In this document: in pieces, positions 9,699-20,153 of the stretch
Numbering within the stretch: the first letter of the stretch is position 1
Layout: each line of letters opens with the position of its first letter
NCBI GenBank assembly: GCA_018402585.1
Contig: JAGYIO010000002.1
Span: 138,070-202,069 of the forward strand
DNA length: 64,000 bases
DNA from: Chthoniobacterales bacterium
Lineage (GTDB): Bacteria; Verrucomicrobiota; Verrucomicrobiia; Chthoniobacterales; JACTMZ01
Direction of reading: 5' to 3'
Notes under the pieces: generated by a model
Database searches by the model: none
What the model was told of the DNA's origin: nothing
Seen by the model: the letters and a program-made list of their open reading frames with translations, nothing else
Made by a program: the position numbers and the translations under genes

Positions 9699-10535
9699 AT
9701 GTCCGCCTCCGTCCCCATTTCGCGCCGGCGGTTTCTCCGGACCCTCACGCTCGGGGCGTGCTTTTATCCTGCAGCCCGGACTTTTGCCTCCATGGGCGGA
9801 GAGTTCGGCTTGCATCCCTTGACCCCACTGCTCGAAGCACCCCCGCTCTTGCCGGCCAAGCCTCCCGTCATGCTCCCGCCTTTCCACTCGGCCACCATTG
9901 GCACGCCGCATCTGGCCCTGACCTTCGATGACGGTCCCCACGGCGCCCTCACCCCCCGGTTGCTCGACGCGCTGGCCAAGCGGAAGGTCAAAGCAACGTT
10001 CTACGTCATCGGCCGCAATGTCGAAATGCACCCCGAGATTGCCCGCCGCATTGTTGCCGAGGGCCACGAGATCGCCAATCACACGTGGTCGCATCCCTCG
10101 CTCTCGGGTCTTGCCGCGGGGCGGGTGGCCGAGGAACTTCGCCGCACGCACGAGATCGTGCTTGAGGTGACCGGCGTGCGCATGACCAATCTCCGTCCGC
10201 CCTACGGCGCCTTTAACGACCGCGTGCGGCAGGTGGCGTTCGACGGGCATGGCTATGACACCATCATGTGGTCGGTCGATCCCCAGGACTGGAAATACCG
10301 CAATAGTGCGCGGGTCACCCGCGAACTGGTCTCCGGCGCCGCGCCGGGTGCGGTTTTGCTCTGTCATGACATCCACAAAACCACCATCTCGGCCATCCCG
10401 CGGGTGCTCGAGCAGTTGTTGGCCCGGGACTTCCAGTTCGTCACCGTGGCCCGATTGATGGCCATGGACAAATCGGGGCGACAGGATTCGAACCTGCGAC
10501 CTCCTGGTCCCAAACCAGGCGCTCTACCAAGCTAA
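9699..10535 (+). CDS. Polysaccharide deacetylase (CE4) with Tat-like signal
   Basis: SRRRFL, LTFDDGP, HEIANHTWSH, RPPYG, LCHD; 3' end overlaps tRNA-Pro antisense. Confidence 0.88.
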   Translation: MSASVPISRRRFLRTLTLGACFYPAARTFASMGGEFGLHPLTPLLEAPPLLPAKPPVMLPPFHSATIGTPHLALTFDDGPHGALTPRLLDALAKRKVKATFYVIGRNVEMHPEIARRIVAEGHEIANHTWSHPSLSGLAAGRVAEELRRTHEIVLEVTGVRMTNLRPPYGAFNDRVRQVAFDGHGYDTIMWSVDPQDWKYRNSARVTRELVSGAAPGAVLLCHDIHKTTISAIPRVLEQLLARDFQFVTVARLMAMDKSGRQDSNLRPPGPKPGALPS

Positions 10536-10546
10536 GCTACGCCCCG
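10473..10546 (-). tRNA. tRNA-Pro (TGG)
   Basis: Minus strand CGGGGCGTAGCTTAGCTTGGTAGAGCG-CCTGG-TT-TGG-GA-CCAGG...GGTTCGAATCC-TGTCGCCCCGA; CCA not encoded. Confidence 0.96.
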
Positions 10547-10582
10547 TAACTAACAGCTACGATAACCCGCCCGGGGCGATTG

Positions 10583-11866
<1,284 letters not shown>

Positions 11867-11945
11867 CAGGGAGTGCGGTTGATCCTGCTTTGTGCCGATG
11901 AGCGCAGACCGACACGTCAAGTTGAGCGAAGTTCGCGGCGGAAGT

Positions 11946-12443
11946 CTACAACGTGTTCCGCTCCTCGATTTGCCGGACCATGCGCTTGACGTGCGCATGT
12001 TTCATCCGCGGCTGGAGCACGGCCAGGCTGCGGCGCCGATCCCCCCATTCGAGGATTTCGATCGTGACCCGCCGCACGCCCCATTGATTCATCCGCGCGC
12101 GGGTCGGTTTGTAGAGATCGATCGTATTCGTGCCGGCCAGCATCCAGCCGTAGTCGTCGACTTGGTAGATTTCCCCCGTCTCGACAAGATGAAACATGGT
12201 GCCGAGCGGCCAGCGCGACCAATCCGCGGCGGCACTATTGACCTTACCGCGGCGCAGGAGGGTGCCGGCCGCGGATTTACGCCCGTATTTTTTGTGGTCC
12301 GCCTCGGTATGGGTGTAAGCCGTGGTGCGCACGTTTTGTACCGGGGTGACGGCCAGGGGTTGTTCGTAAGGCGGCAATTTGCGGGGGGCGGCGCATCCGG
12401 CGAGGAGGAGGGCGGCACAGGCGGCGGGGAGAACAAGGCGCAT
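11946..12443 (-). CDS. 3D (Asp-Asp-Asp) domain lipoprotein
   Basis: Lipobox LAGC; TTAYT, AAADWS..PLGT, VDDYG, IDLY. Confidence 0.8.
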   Translation of the reverse strand: MRLVLPAACAALLLAGCAAPRKLPPYEQPLAVTPVQNVRTTAYTHTEADHKKYGRKSAAGTLLRRGKVNSAAADWSRWPLGTMFHLVETGEIYQVDDYGWMLAGTNTIDLYKPTRARMNQWGVRRVTIEILEWGDRRRSLAVLQPRMKHAHVKRMVRQIEERNTL

Positions 12444-12534
12444 GGCTTGTCATGGCACGGACCCTTGGCCCGCGCCAGCCAAATGCGGGCGTCTTGCCTG
12501 TCGCGCCGCGCGTAATTAATCTTCCCAACCGTCT

Positions 12535-13560
12535 ATGAATCTTTTCTCTCTCGGCCTGAGTCATCACACCGCCGCGGTTTCCTTGCGCGAACGCTTTGCG
12601 GTGGGCGCTGACCAGACTGATGCCGTGATGCGCGGCTTGCGCGAGGGCGCGGGGCTCGAGGAAGTCGTTCTCCTTTCGACCTGCAATCGCGTCGAGGTCT
12701 ACGGGGTGGCGCAGGATCCTGCCGCCGCGATGGAAATCGCGCTCGCCGCCCTGCAGCGTCGCGCGGGTCGTGCCGCGGAGTTCGCCCGCTTCAACGGTGC
12801 CGGCTCGGTGCATCACCTTTTCCGGGTCGCGGCCGGCCTTGATTCCATGGTGCTGGGCGAGACTGAGATCCTTGGTCAAGTCAAGGACGCTTACGCTGCC
12901 GCCTTCGGTGCCGGTCACACTTCCGCGGTGCTCAACCGGCTCTTCCAGCACGCCTTCCGGGCGGCCAAGCAGGTGCGCAGTGAGACCGAGATCGGCCGCG
13001 GTGCGGTTTCTGTCGGTTCGGCCGCAGCCCGACTCGCCTCCTCGGACCTCGGCGACCTTTCCACCTGCCGCGCCCTCCTGCTCGGTGCGGGCGAAGCGGG
13101 CGAAGACGTGGCCCGGAGCCTGCATGCGCGCGGACTGATGGAACTGCTCGCCGCCAACCGCACCTTCAGCCGGGCCGAAGCGCTGGCCGCCGCCTTGGGC
13201 GGGCGCGCCGTGGAATTCGAGCGCTGGCGTGATCATCTGGCCACCGTCGACATTGTCATCGCCTGTGCCGCCACTCCGTCACGTTTGTTGCGGGCCGACG
13301 AACTAGCCCCTTCCCTCGCGGTGCGCGAGGAGCGTCCGCTCTTTCTCCTTGATCTCGCCGTGCCGCGCAACTTCGACCCGGCCATCCGGATCCTGCGCGG
13401 TGCCACCCTGCATGACATCGACGACCTCGAAGCGGTGGCCCGCGAGGGCGAATCGCTGCGCGCGGCCGAGGTGGAAAAGGCGGAGGTGGTCATTGCCGCG
13501 CAAGTCGCCGAATTTGCCCGCCGTGCCGCGGAGCGCCCGGCCTTCGCGGCGGCGGCCTGA
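12535..13560 (+). CDS. hemA: Glutamyl-tRNA reductase (short form)
   Basis: LSTCNRVE, GLDSMVLGETEILGQVK, DLAVPRN. Confidence 0.95.
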   Translation: MNLFSLGLSHHTAAVSLRERFAVGADQTDAVMRGLREGAGLEEVVLLSTCNRVEVYGVAQDPAAAMEIALAALQRRAGRAAEFARFNGAGSVHHLFRVAAGLDSMVLGETEILGQVKDAYAAAFGAGHTSAVLNRLFQHAFRAAKQVRSETEIGRGAVSVGSAAARLASSDLGDLSTCRALLLGAGEAGEDVARSLHARGLMELLAANRTFSRAEALAAALGGRAVEFERWRDHLATVDIVIACAATPSRLLRADELAPSLAVREERPLFLLDLAVPRNFDPAIRILRGATLHDIDDLEAVAREGESLRAAEVEKAEVVIAAQVAEFARRAAERPAFAAAA

Positions 13561-13566
13561 GCCATC

Positions 13567-14475
13567 ATGTCCGAATTCATCCTCGCGACGCGCGGCAGCG
13601 AGTTGGCCCGCGTGCAGTCCGGCATGGTGCGCGAGGGTCTGCTCCGCGCCTGGCCCCAACTCACGGTGCGCGAGGACGTGGTGCGCACGACCGGCGACCG
13701 GCATGCGGAGGAAAACCTGACCACGCTGGGCGGATCGGGAGTCTTCACCAAGGAACTGGAGGCGGCGCTCTTCGACCATCGCGCTGCGGCTGCGGTGCAC
13801 AGTCTGAAGGATTTGCCCGTGGATCTTCCGTCCGGCCTGGTCCTTGGCGCCATCCTGCCCCGGGGGGCAGCCGGCGATGTGCTGGTGAGCAGACAACCCG
13901 GCGGACCGGCCGGTCTGCCCGCCGGGGCCCGCATCGGGACAGGCAGCCCGCGGCGGGCCGGCATGATGCGCGCCCTGCGCCGCGAAGCCGTAGTGGTTCC
14001 GATCCGCGGGAACGTGCCCACCCGCATCGCTCGCGTGGGCGAAGGGCAGTTTGACGCCGTGATCCTCGCCGCGGCCGGCCTCGAGCGGCTCGGATTTCCG
14101 GTCGACGGCCCCTTTCTCCTGGGCCCGGTGCTGCTTTACTCTTTTTTGCTCCCGTCCTTCTTGCCGGCCCCGGGACAGGGGGCCATTGCGGTCGAAGTGC
14201 GCGCCGACGACGGCCCGGCCCGGGAGATGGTCGGCGTGCTCGACGATGCCGGAACGGCCGCGGCCGTGCGGGCCGAACGCTCGGTCCTGCGGGCCATCGG
14301 GGGCGGGTGCCATCTGGCCCTCGGAGCACTCGGCCGGGTGGAGGGCGATCGGTTGCATTTGCAGGCGGTTCTGTTTGACCACCCCGGCGGGGAGCCGAAG
14401 ATGGCCGAGTTGAGCGGGGCCCGCGCGGAGGCCGGAGAACTCGGGAGCGCGGTGGCCGCGTTGTTACTTTTATGA
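13567..14475 (+). CDS. hemC: Porphobilinogen deaminase
   Basis: ATRGSELA, GVFTKELE, AVHSLKDLP, IRGNVPTR, PAPGQGA. Confidence 0.96.
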   Translation: MSEFILATRGSELARVQSGMVREGLLRAWPQLTVREDVVRTTGDRHAEENLTTLGGSGVFTKELEAALFDHRAAAAVHSLKDLPVDLPSGLVLGAILPRGAAGDVLVSRQPGGPAGLPAGARIGTGSPRRAGMMRALRREAVVVPIRGNVPTRIARVGEGQFDAVILAAAGLERLGFPVDGPFLLGPVLLYSFLLPSFLPAPGQGAIAVEVRADDGPAREMVGVLDDAGTAAAVRAERSVLRAIGGGCHLALGALGRVEGDRLHLQAVLFDHPGGEPKMAELSGARAEAGELGSAVAALLLL

Positions 14476-15974
14476 AAAAAGGAAAATGCTTTCTCGTCGG
14501 GGCCGGTCCGGGTGACCCGGGCCTGCTTACCCTGCGTGGAAACGAAGTGCTCGGACGCGCGGAGCTCGTGGTCTATGACCATCTGGCCAATCCGGAATTG
14601 CTCGGGCTGGCTCCGGAGACAGCCGAGTTGCTCTACGCGGGGAAAAAACCGGACGACCACAGTATGACCCAGGAAGAGATCAACTGCCTGCTCGTCGAGC
14701 AGACGGCGGCCGGCCGTCTGGTTGTCCGACTCAAGGGTGGAGACCCCTATGTTTTCGGCCGCGGGGCGGAGGAAGCCGGGGCCTTGGCCGCCGCCGGCCT
14801 CGACTTCGAGGTGGTGCCCGGAGTCAGCTCCGCCTTGGCCGGGCCGGCCGCCGCCGGTATCGCGGTGACGCAGCGCGGGGTGAATGAGGATCTGAGTATT
14901 TTTAGTGGACATCAGGATCCGGAAAGCGAGGAAGGGCGCGAATTCTACCGCGGGCTGGGGGCGCGGGGTGGCACGCTGGTCATGTTGATGGGGCTGGAGC
15001 GTTTGTCCGGCATTGCCCGTGAACTGCAGGCCGGCGGGGCCTCGCCGGATTTGCCGGTTGCCGTGGTCCGCCGCGCCACGATGGGCGACCAAGTCACGGT
15101 GCGTGCCCCGCTCTCCGAGATCGCCGCCCGCGTTGCTGCCGCGGGGCTGCGTCCGCCCGCGGTCATTGTTTTCGGCGCGGTCGCCGCGGCCGACCACGCG
15201 CTGCTCTGTCCGCGGCCCTTGACCGGTCGCCGCATTGTCGTGACCCGGAGCCGGGTTGGTGCCTCGAAATTGGCCGGCGCCTTGCGCGACCTTGGGGCCG
15301 ATGTGTACGAGATGCCGCTGATCAAAGGCGAGAAACCGGAGAATTTGCGCGAATTTGCCGAGTTGGTCCAGGACGCGCACGGCTACGAGTGGATCGTTTT
15401 CACCAGCGCCAACGGGGTGGATGCTTTCTTCGAGATTTTCTACAAGCTGTACGACGATGCCCGGGAAATCGGCGGGACGAAGTTCGGCGCGGTCGGGGCC
15501 GCCACGGCGCAGCGGATCAAAGACTGGCATTTCCACGTGGACCTCGTGGCCGAGGAGTTCCAGGCCAAGTCACTTGCTGCGACCTTCCGGGACTACACCG
15601 ACGTGGAAAATGTGAAAATGCTCGTGGTTCGCCCGGCCGAGACCAGCGGCGGGCTCGCCCTCGAGCTGACGAAAATGGGGGCGATCGTCGATCAAGCCAT
15701 CGCCTACCGCACGGTGGCCGAGAGGACAGACCGGACCCGCGCGCGCCAGCGCTTCGCGGAGGAAGGGGCCGATCTCGTGGTTTTCACCAGCTCTTCGACC
15801 GTGCGGAATTTTTTCGCTTTGAAGCTCAAAATGCCGAAAGGCCTCCAATTTGCTAGCATTGGACCAGTGACCACCGGGACCATGGCGGAATTTCAGGTCA
15901 AGCCGTCTATCAAAGCTAAGCAGCATGATATCAACGGTTTAGTCCAAGCTATTTCCGCCTTCTACGCGGCCTGA
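14472..15974 (+). CDS. cobA: Fused uroporphyrinogen-III C-methyltransferase / uroporphyrinogen-III synthase
   Basis: LVGAGPGDPGLLT, RLKGGDP..FGRG.EE; C-terminal HemD motifs FTSANGV, FTSSSTV, SIGPVT. Confidence 0.93.
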   Translation: MKKGKCFLVGAGPGDPGLLTLRGNEVLGRAELVVYDHLANPELLGLAPETAELLYAGKKPDDHSMTQEEINCLLVEQTAAGRLVVRLKGGDPYVFGRGAEEAGALAAAGLDFEVVPGVSSALAGPAAAGIAVTQRGVNEDLSIFSGHQDPESEEGREFYRGLGARGGTLVMLMGLERLSGIARELQAGGASPDLPVAVVRRATMGDQVTVRAPLSEIAARVAAAGLRPPAVIVFGAVAAADHALLCPRPLTGRRIVVTRSRVGASKLAGALRDLGADVYEMPLIKGEKPENLREFAELVQDAHGYEWIVFTSANGVDAFFEIFYKLYDDAREIGGTKFGAVGAATAQRIKDWHFHVDLVAEEFQAKSLAATFRDYTDVENVKMLVVRPAETSGGLALELTKMGAIVDQAIAYRTVAERTDRTRARQRFAEEGADLVVFTSSSTVRNFFALKLKMPKGLQFASIGPVTTGTMAEFQVKPSIKAKQHDINGLVQAISAFYAA

Positions 15975-16067
15975 GGGTCAGCGTGAAGCGGGGCGGACAC
16001 CTCGGCTCGTCGCCCTTTTGCGCCCTGCAAAAACCACGCGGCTCATTCCCAGCCAGACGAATAGGCC

Positions 16068-16101
16068 TTGACCTTTATTGAGATTGAGACACAGTCGCAG
16101 T
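16068..16101 (+). promoter_or_regulatory. Putative -35 (TTGACC) and Fur-like operator upstream of the heme-uptake operon
   Basis: TTGACC 16068-16073; tandem ATTGAG-ATTGAG and imperfect palindrome ATTGAGAC-aca-GTCGCAGT 16083-16101. Confidence 0.45.
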
Positions 16102-16174
16102 ATTGAGTGCGGCGCTAAAAGATGCTCTCTCATTTGGCGGTCGGCCGTAATCGTGTAATTTATCCTAACTATCT

Positions 16175-16867
16175 ATGATCACCCGTCATTCCTTTGGCGC
16201 CATGTTCGCACTTTGGGCCTCTCTTCTCCCAAGCTCCGCCTTGCTTGTTCCTTTCGCCGAGGACTTCACCTTTGGTGCCGCGAACTGGCTCAACGGCGCG
16301 AGTACCGCGCCTGCTTGGTCCGCCGCGGGTGGGGTTGATGGCGGGGCTTATATCTCGGCGCCGGGTGCCATCACGGCCGGGGGATTTGGTACAATTGTCT
16401 TTCGCGGTAACGCTTCCGCCGCTGCCAGCGGCGACGCGTTTGTCGGGGATTGGATCTTAGGAGGGGTGAGCACTTTCAGCACTTACCTTTCCCATGATGC
16501 CCCCGTCGCCCTGAACTTTTACGCTCGCTTGGATGCCGGTTCGGGTCGTGCCGGCAGCACGGTCGACTTCAGCGTGGCTCCGGGCGCTTGGTTCCAGCTT
16601 GAGGTTCCCATTGTCAACGCACCGACGTCATTCCAATCTTATGGTGCCGGGACGTTCGCCACAGTCTTCAACGGGATCCAAAACGTGCAGATCGCTTTGT
16701 CGGCGACGCAGGACCCGAGCACGGCGGGACAAACCTACAACGTTGCCTTGGACCAAGTGGCCATCGTGCCTGAGCCGGGGACCCTTGGTCTGGTCGCTTC
16801 AGGTCTCGCGGCTCTCTGGTGGTTGCGCTGCCGCAGTTTTTTTCGGAAGCCTCTCAACAAACCTTGA
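16175..16867 (+). CDS. PEP-CTERM sorting domain protein
   Basis: Signal peptide; C-terminal VPEP + TM helix + basic tail. Confidence 0.9.
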   Translation: MITRHSFGAMFALWASLLPSSALLVPFAEDFTFGAANWLNGASTAPAWSAAGGVDGGAYISAPGAITAGGFGTIVFRGNASAAASGDAFVGDWILGGVSTFSTYLSHDAPVALNFYARLDAGSGRAGSTVDFSVAPGAWFQLEVPIVNAPTSFQSYGAGTFATVFNGIQNVQIALSATQDPSTAGQTYNVALDQVAIVPEPGTLGLVASGLAALWWLRCRSFFRKPLNKP

Positions 16868-17859
16868 ACACTCGCCGTCAACCGTTGCTGCCGCTCATCC
16901 GCCTCGTGCTCTGCGCCGGGGTGGTCTTTGTCGCCTTATTGCCCGGAGCCAACGCGCAACCGGTCAGTCCCGATCTGGCCGGTGCCACTTCTTATGACGG
17001 CTGGACCAGTCTTTCTCGCTACACTTACCCCGATTTCCCCGGCTTCCCCGGCACCTCCGACTGGCCTCGGCCCCTTGCCCCTCTCGCGCCCGGGTCAGGT
17101 GACGCCGAGATAACCCGCTTGGCGCCCGCGGCCGGCGGCACGGGTGGCGCTTACCCCGCGGAGGAATCACTTTACTTCGGTAGTTTTCTTCAGATCCCCA
17201 ACGCGCTCGGGGGAACTTTGCGGGTGGGCGATGCGACGCCGCTGGGCGGAGTGAAGACGGTGGTGCTGCAGATGCAAATCGGCGAGGTGGAGGGCTACGA
17301 TTTCGTCAGTCCCGGCGGTGCGCCCGCGCTCAAGGTGAACGGCGAAACGGTCGGCCGTGCCTCACTCCCACCCGTGCTCCTCAACCGTTTTCAAAGCGGA
17401 ACTTACCCAAGTCCCGAAACAGGCCTTGATGAGCCGGTCTTCGTCAATACCTGGGGTTTCCAGTGGGACGTCAGTAGCCTCGGCCCCATCAGTTCTCTCG
17501 GGATCGACTTCAGCGCCGTAACCCATGCGCAAATTTACGAAGTCCGCCTCGACCAGTCTGATGTCGCGCAGAGCGGGGCGGTTTTCATTCCCCGCTTTCT
17601 GGCCCTGGCCGGCATGGGAGCACCGCTTTATGATGAAATTGAAAGCAGCACCTCGGTCACGCACAGCTTCATCGGGCCGCCTGCGAGCACCTTGATCGTG
17701 GAATACAGCGAGCACGCGGACCAATCAGCATGGACCCCTTCCGCCCCGGTCGAAACAAATTCGGGCGCTTTCCAAGTCACCTTCACTGCGCCGGGGGATC
17801 GACGCGCTGCCTGGAGCCGCAGTATGTTTTTCCGCGCCAAATATCCATCAGACCCATGA
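16864..17859 (+). CDS. Hypothetical secreted beta-rich protein in the heme-uptake operon
   Basis: Signal peptide ending ANA-Q; TTG start overlapping the upstream stop (inferred). Confidence 0.75.
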   Translation: MNTRRQPLLPLIRLVLCAGVVFVALLPGANAQPVSPDLAGATSYDGWTSLSRYTYPDFPGFPGTSDWPRPLAPLAPGSGDAEITRLAPAAGGTGGAYPAEESLYFGSFLQIPNALGGTLRVGDATPLGGVKTVVLQMQIGEVEGYDFVSPGGAPALKVNGETVGRASLPPVLLNRFQSGTYPSPETGLDEPVFVNTWGFQWDVSSLGPISSLGIDFSAVTHAQIYEVRLDQSDVAQSGAVFIPRFLALAGMGAPLYDEIESSTSVTHSFIGPPASTLIVEYSEHADQSAWTPSAPVETNSGAFQVTFTAPGDRRAAWSRSMFFRAKYPSDP

Positions 17860-18647
17860 AAACCACGCGGAACACCGCCTTTACCCTGATCGAACTGCTT
17901 GTTGTCATAGCCATCCTGGCGGTCTTGGCCGGCATTGGCAGTGCGGGGCTTTTGTCCGTCGCGGATAAAGCGAAGACCGCAACCGAGACCGCTGCAGCCA
18001 GGACGCTTATTTCCGCTTATCAAGCCGCTGCTGCAGACAATGGCGGACGTTACCTCGCGGCGCGCGATACCTCGGCGGTAAACGTGCTTAACGGCAAGGG
18101 CAAACCCGTCAGCAACCGTCAGGTGCGGGCCCGCTATCCTTTCCGATTGGCGCCTTATTTCAATTACGCGATCGAAAGCACGCTCCTGGCCGGAGACAAC
18201 CGCCAGCAACTGCTCAAGGTCATGAACCTTTCGAGTCCCTCCGGCAGCATGTATGATTACGGGGTTAGTGCCTTTCCGTCCTTCGGTATCAACCGCTACT
18301 TTGTCGGCGGCACGGCCGGCCAGACCAACAGCGACTGTGTCCATTCGGTCGGACAAGCCGATCGCTCCATCATTGCTTTTGTCTCTGCGGGCAGCAGTGA
18401 AATCAATGGCTACGAATACGTGCGGGCACCCGGCGAACCCGGCGGAGGCTGGGGCGGGGGAGAGTGGACTGAGGATTCGGACCCTTCCCAATTCGGCTTC
18501 GTCCATCCGCGCCACGGCGGGAAAGCGATTGCCGCTTTCCTGGATGGCTCCACCCGACTATTGACCATTGAGGACTTGCGCGACATGCGGCTTTGGAGCC
18601 GGCAGGCCGCGCAAGAAAACAATCCGAAATACACTGCCGGCCAGTAA
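17856..18647 (+). CDS. Prepilin-type N-terminal cleavage/methylation protein with H-X9-DG motif
   Basis: AFTLIELLVVIAIL; C-terminal H-GGKAIAAFL-DG; ATGA overlap. Confidence 0.9.
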   Translation: MKTTRNTAFTLIELLVVIAILAVLAGIGSAGLLSVADKAKTATETAAARTLISAYQAAAADNGGRYLAARDTSAVNVLNGKGKPVSNRQVRARYPFRLAPYFNYAIESTLLAGDNRQQLLKVMNLSSPSGSMYDYGVSAFPSFGINRYFVGGTAGQTNSDCVHSVGQADRSIIAFVSAGSSEINGYEYVRAPGEPGGGWGGGEWTEDSDPSQFGFVHPRHGGKAIAAFLDGSTRLLTIEDLRDMRLWSRQAAQENNPKYTAGQ

Positions 18648-18669
18648 GGCCAACCCGACCACCACTATT

Positions 18670-19302
18670 ATGACCACCACCGCAGCACCCACCGGCATCA
18701 TGGGCCGGCTCAAAGCCGGGACGGCCGAGCAACATGCCATCGCCGAAGCCAAGCCGCTGGAAGCTGCGCTCGTCGCGGGCTCCATCGACCACGACCAATA
18801 CAAACAGTATCTCGGCCAGCGCTGGCTCATCCATCGCGAACTCGAGGCGGCGACGGACCGTGCGCTCGGCGAGGACCAGCGTCTTTCCCAGCTCGGACTA
18901 CCCGGTCTCTACCAGACCGCGAATATCGAAGCCGACCTCGCTTACCTGGGGGTCGAGACGGGCTCGATCAAACCGCTCAAGGGCGCGCAAGACCTGGTCG
19001 AGACCATCCACCAAGCGCCGTCCCCCGCCGTGCTCATGGGCATCTATTATGTTTTCGAGGGGAGCAAAAACGGTGCGCGTTTCATTGCCCGCGCCCTTGG
19101 GAAAGCTTGGGGCAAGACGGATGGCGAGGGGATGAAATACCTCGATCCGCACGGCGAAGCGCAGCGCGCACTGTGGCTGAAATTCCGCGAGGACATGAAT
19201 GCCATCGATTGGTCCTCCGAAGAGCAGGACACCATGGTCAAAGCGGCACAGGATACCTTCGACGCGATTTCCGCGCTGGACGACGAAATCCACGTGGCCT
19301 GA
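18670..19302 (+). CDS. Heme oxygenase (biliverdin-producing family)
   Basis: LK.GT...H..AE proximal His motif; YVFEGSKNG distal helix motif. Confidence 0.85.
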   Translation: MTTTAAPTGIMGRLKAGTAEQHAIAEAKPLEAALVAGSIDHDQYKQYLGQRWLIHRELEAATDRALGEDQRLSQLGLPGLYQTANIEADLAYLGVETGSIKPLKGAQDLVETIHQAPSPAVLMGIYYVFEGSKNGARFIARALGKAWGKTDGEGMKYLDPHGEAQRALWLKFREDMNAIDWSSEEQDTMVKAAQDTFDAISALDDEIHVA

Positions 19303-19322
19303 CCGCACCTGTCTCCAGCCCG

Positions 19323-20153
19323 ATGCTTCGTCCGGCGATTATCCTGGCCGTCCTGCTCACCGCGCTGACCGCGCGAGCCGAGTCAGTCCGTATTGTCACG
19401 GCAGGCGCGGCGGTAACCGAAATTGTTTCTCGCCTCGGCCTTGCGCCGCAGATTGTTGCGGTCGACACCTCAAGCAAATATCTGGAGGAGACGCGGGACA
19501 AACCCGATGTCGGCTATGTCCGCATGCTTGGGGCGGAGGGCATTCTTTCGCAGAAGCCCGATCTCGTCCTCGTTTCCGGCGAGGCGGGTCCGCCGCCCGT
19601 GCTCGAGCAGATCAGAGCGGCGGGCGTGGACGTGGTGGTCATTTCCAACGGCTACACCCTCGACAATATCGACGACAAAATCCGCACCATTGCCGCGGCG
19701 GCCGGGCGGGTCGAAGACGGAGAGAAGCTCATTACCAAGGTCAATGCCGATCTGCAGGCGCTCCGCTCCGCGACGGCCACCAATGAGGGTGAGCGTCCCG
19801 GGGTGGTCTTTCTCCTCGCGCGCCACGGCGGCAACCTCATGGCCGCGGGCACGGAGACCGCGGCGCATGCCATGATCGAGGCCAGTGGCGGACGCAACGT
19901 CTGTGCCTCCTTCAGCGGCTACCAGCCGCTCTCGGCCGAAATTTTTGCCACGGCCACACCTGACTTTGTCATCGTTTCGGAGAGCGTGGGAGGTGATGAC
20001 ACCCAATTGCTGGCGCGTGTGCCGGGACTCGGCGCCACGCCGGCCGGCCGGCAGCTGCGGGTCATTCGCGTCGATGACGCCGCCTTCCTCGGTTTTGGCC
20101 CGCGCACCCCGTCTGCCGCGACCGAGGTCGCCCTGGCCTTGAGAAAGCCGTGA
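19323..20153 (+). CDS. hmuT: Hemin ABC transporter substrate-binding protein
   Basis: AVDTSS, VGYVRMLGAEGILS (Tyr heme ligand), LGFGPR. Confidence 0.88.
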   Translation: MLRPAIILAVLLTALTARAESVRIVTAGAAVTEIVSRLGLAPQIVAVDTSSKYLEETRDKPDVGYVRMLGAEGILSQKPDLVLVSGEAGPPPVLEQIRAAGVDVVVISNGYTLDNIDDKIRTIAAAAGRVEDGEKLITKVNADLQALRSATATNEGERPGVVFLLARHGGNLMAAGTETAAHAMIEASGGRNVCASFSGYQPLSAEIFATATPDFVIVSESVGGDDTQLLARVPGLGATPAGRQLRVIRVDDAAFLGFGPRTPSAATEVALALRKP

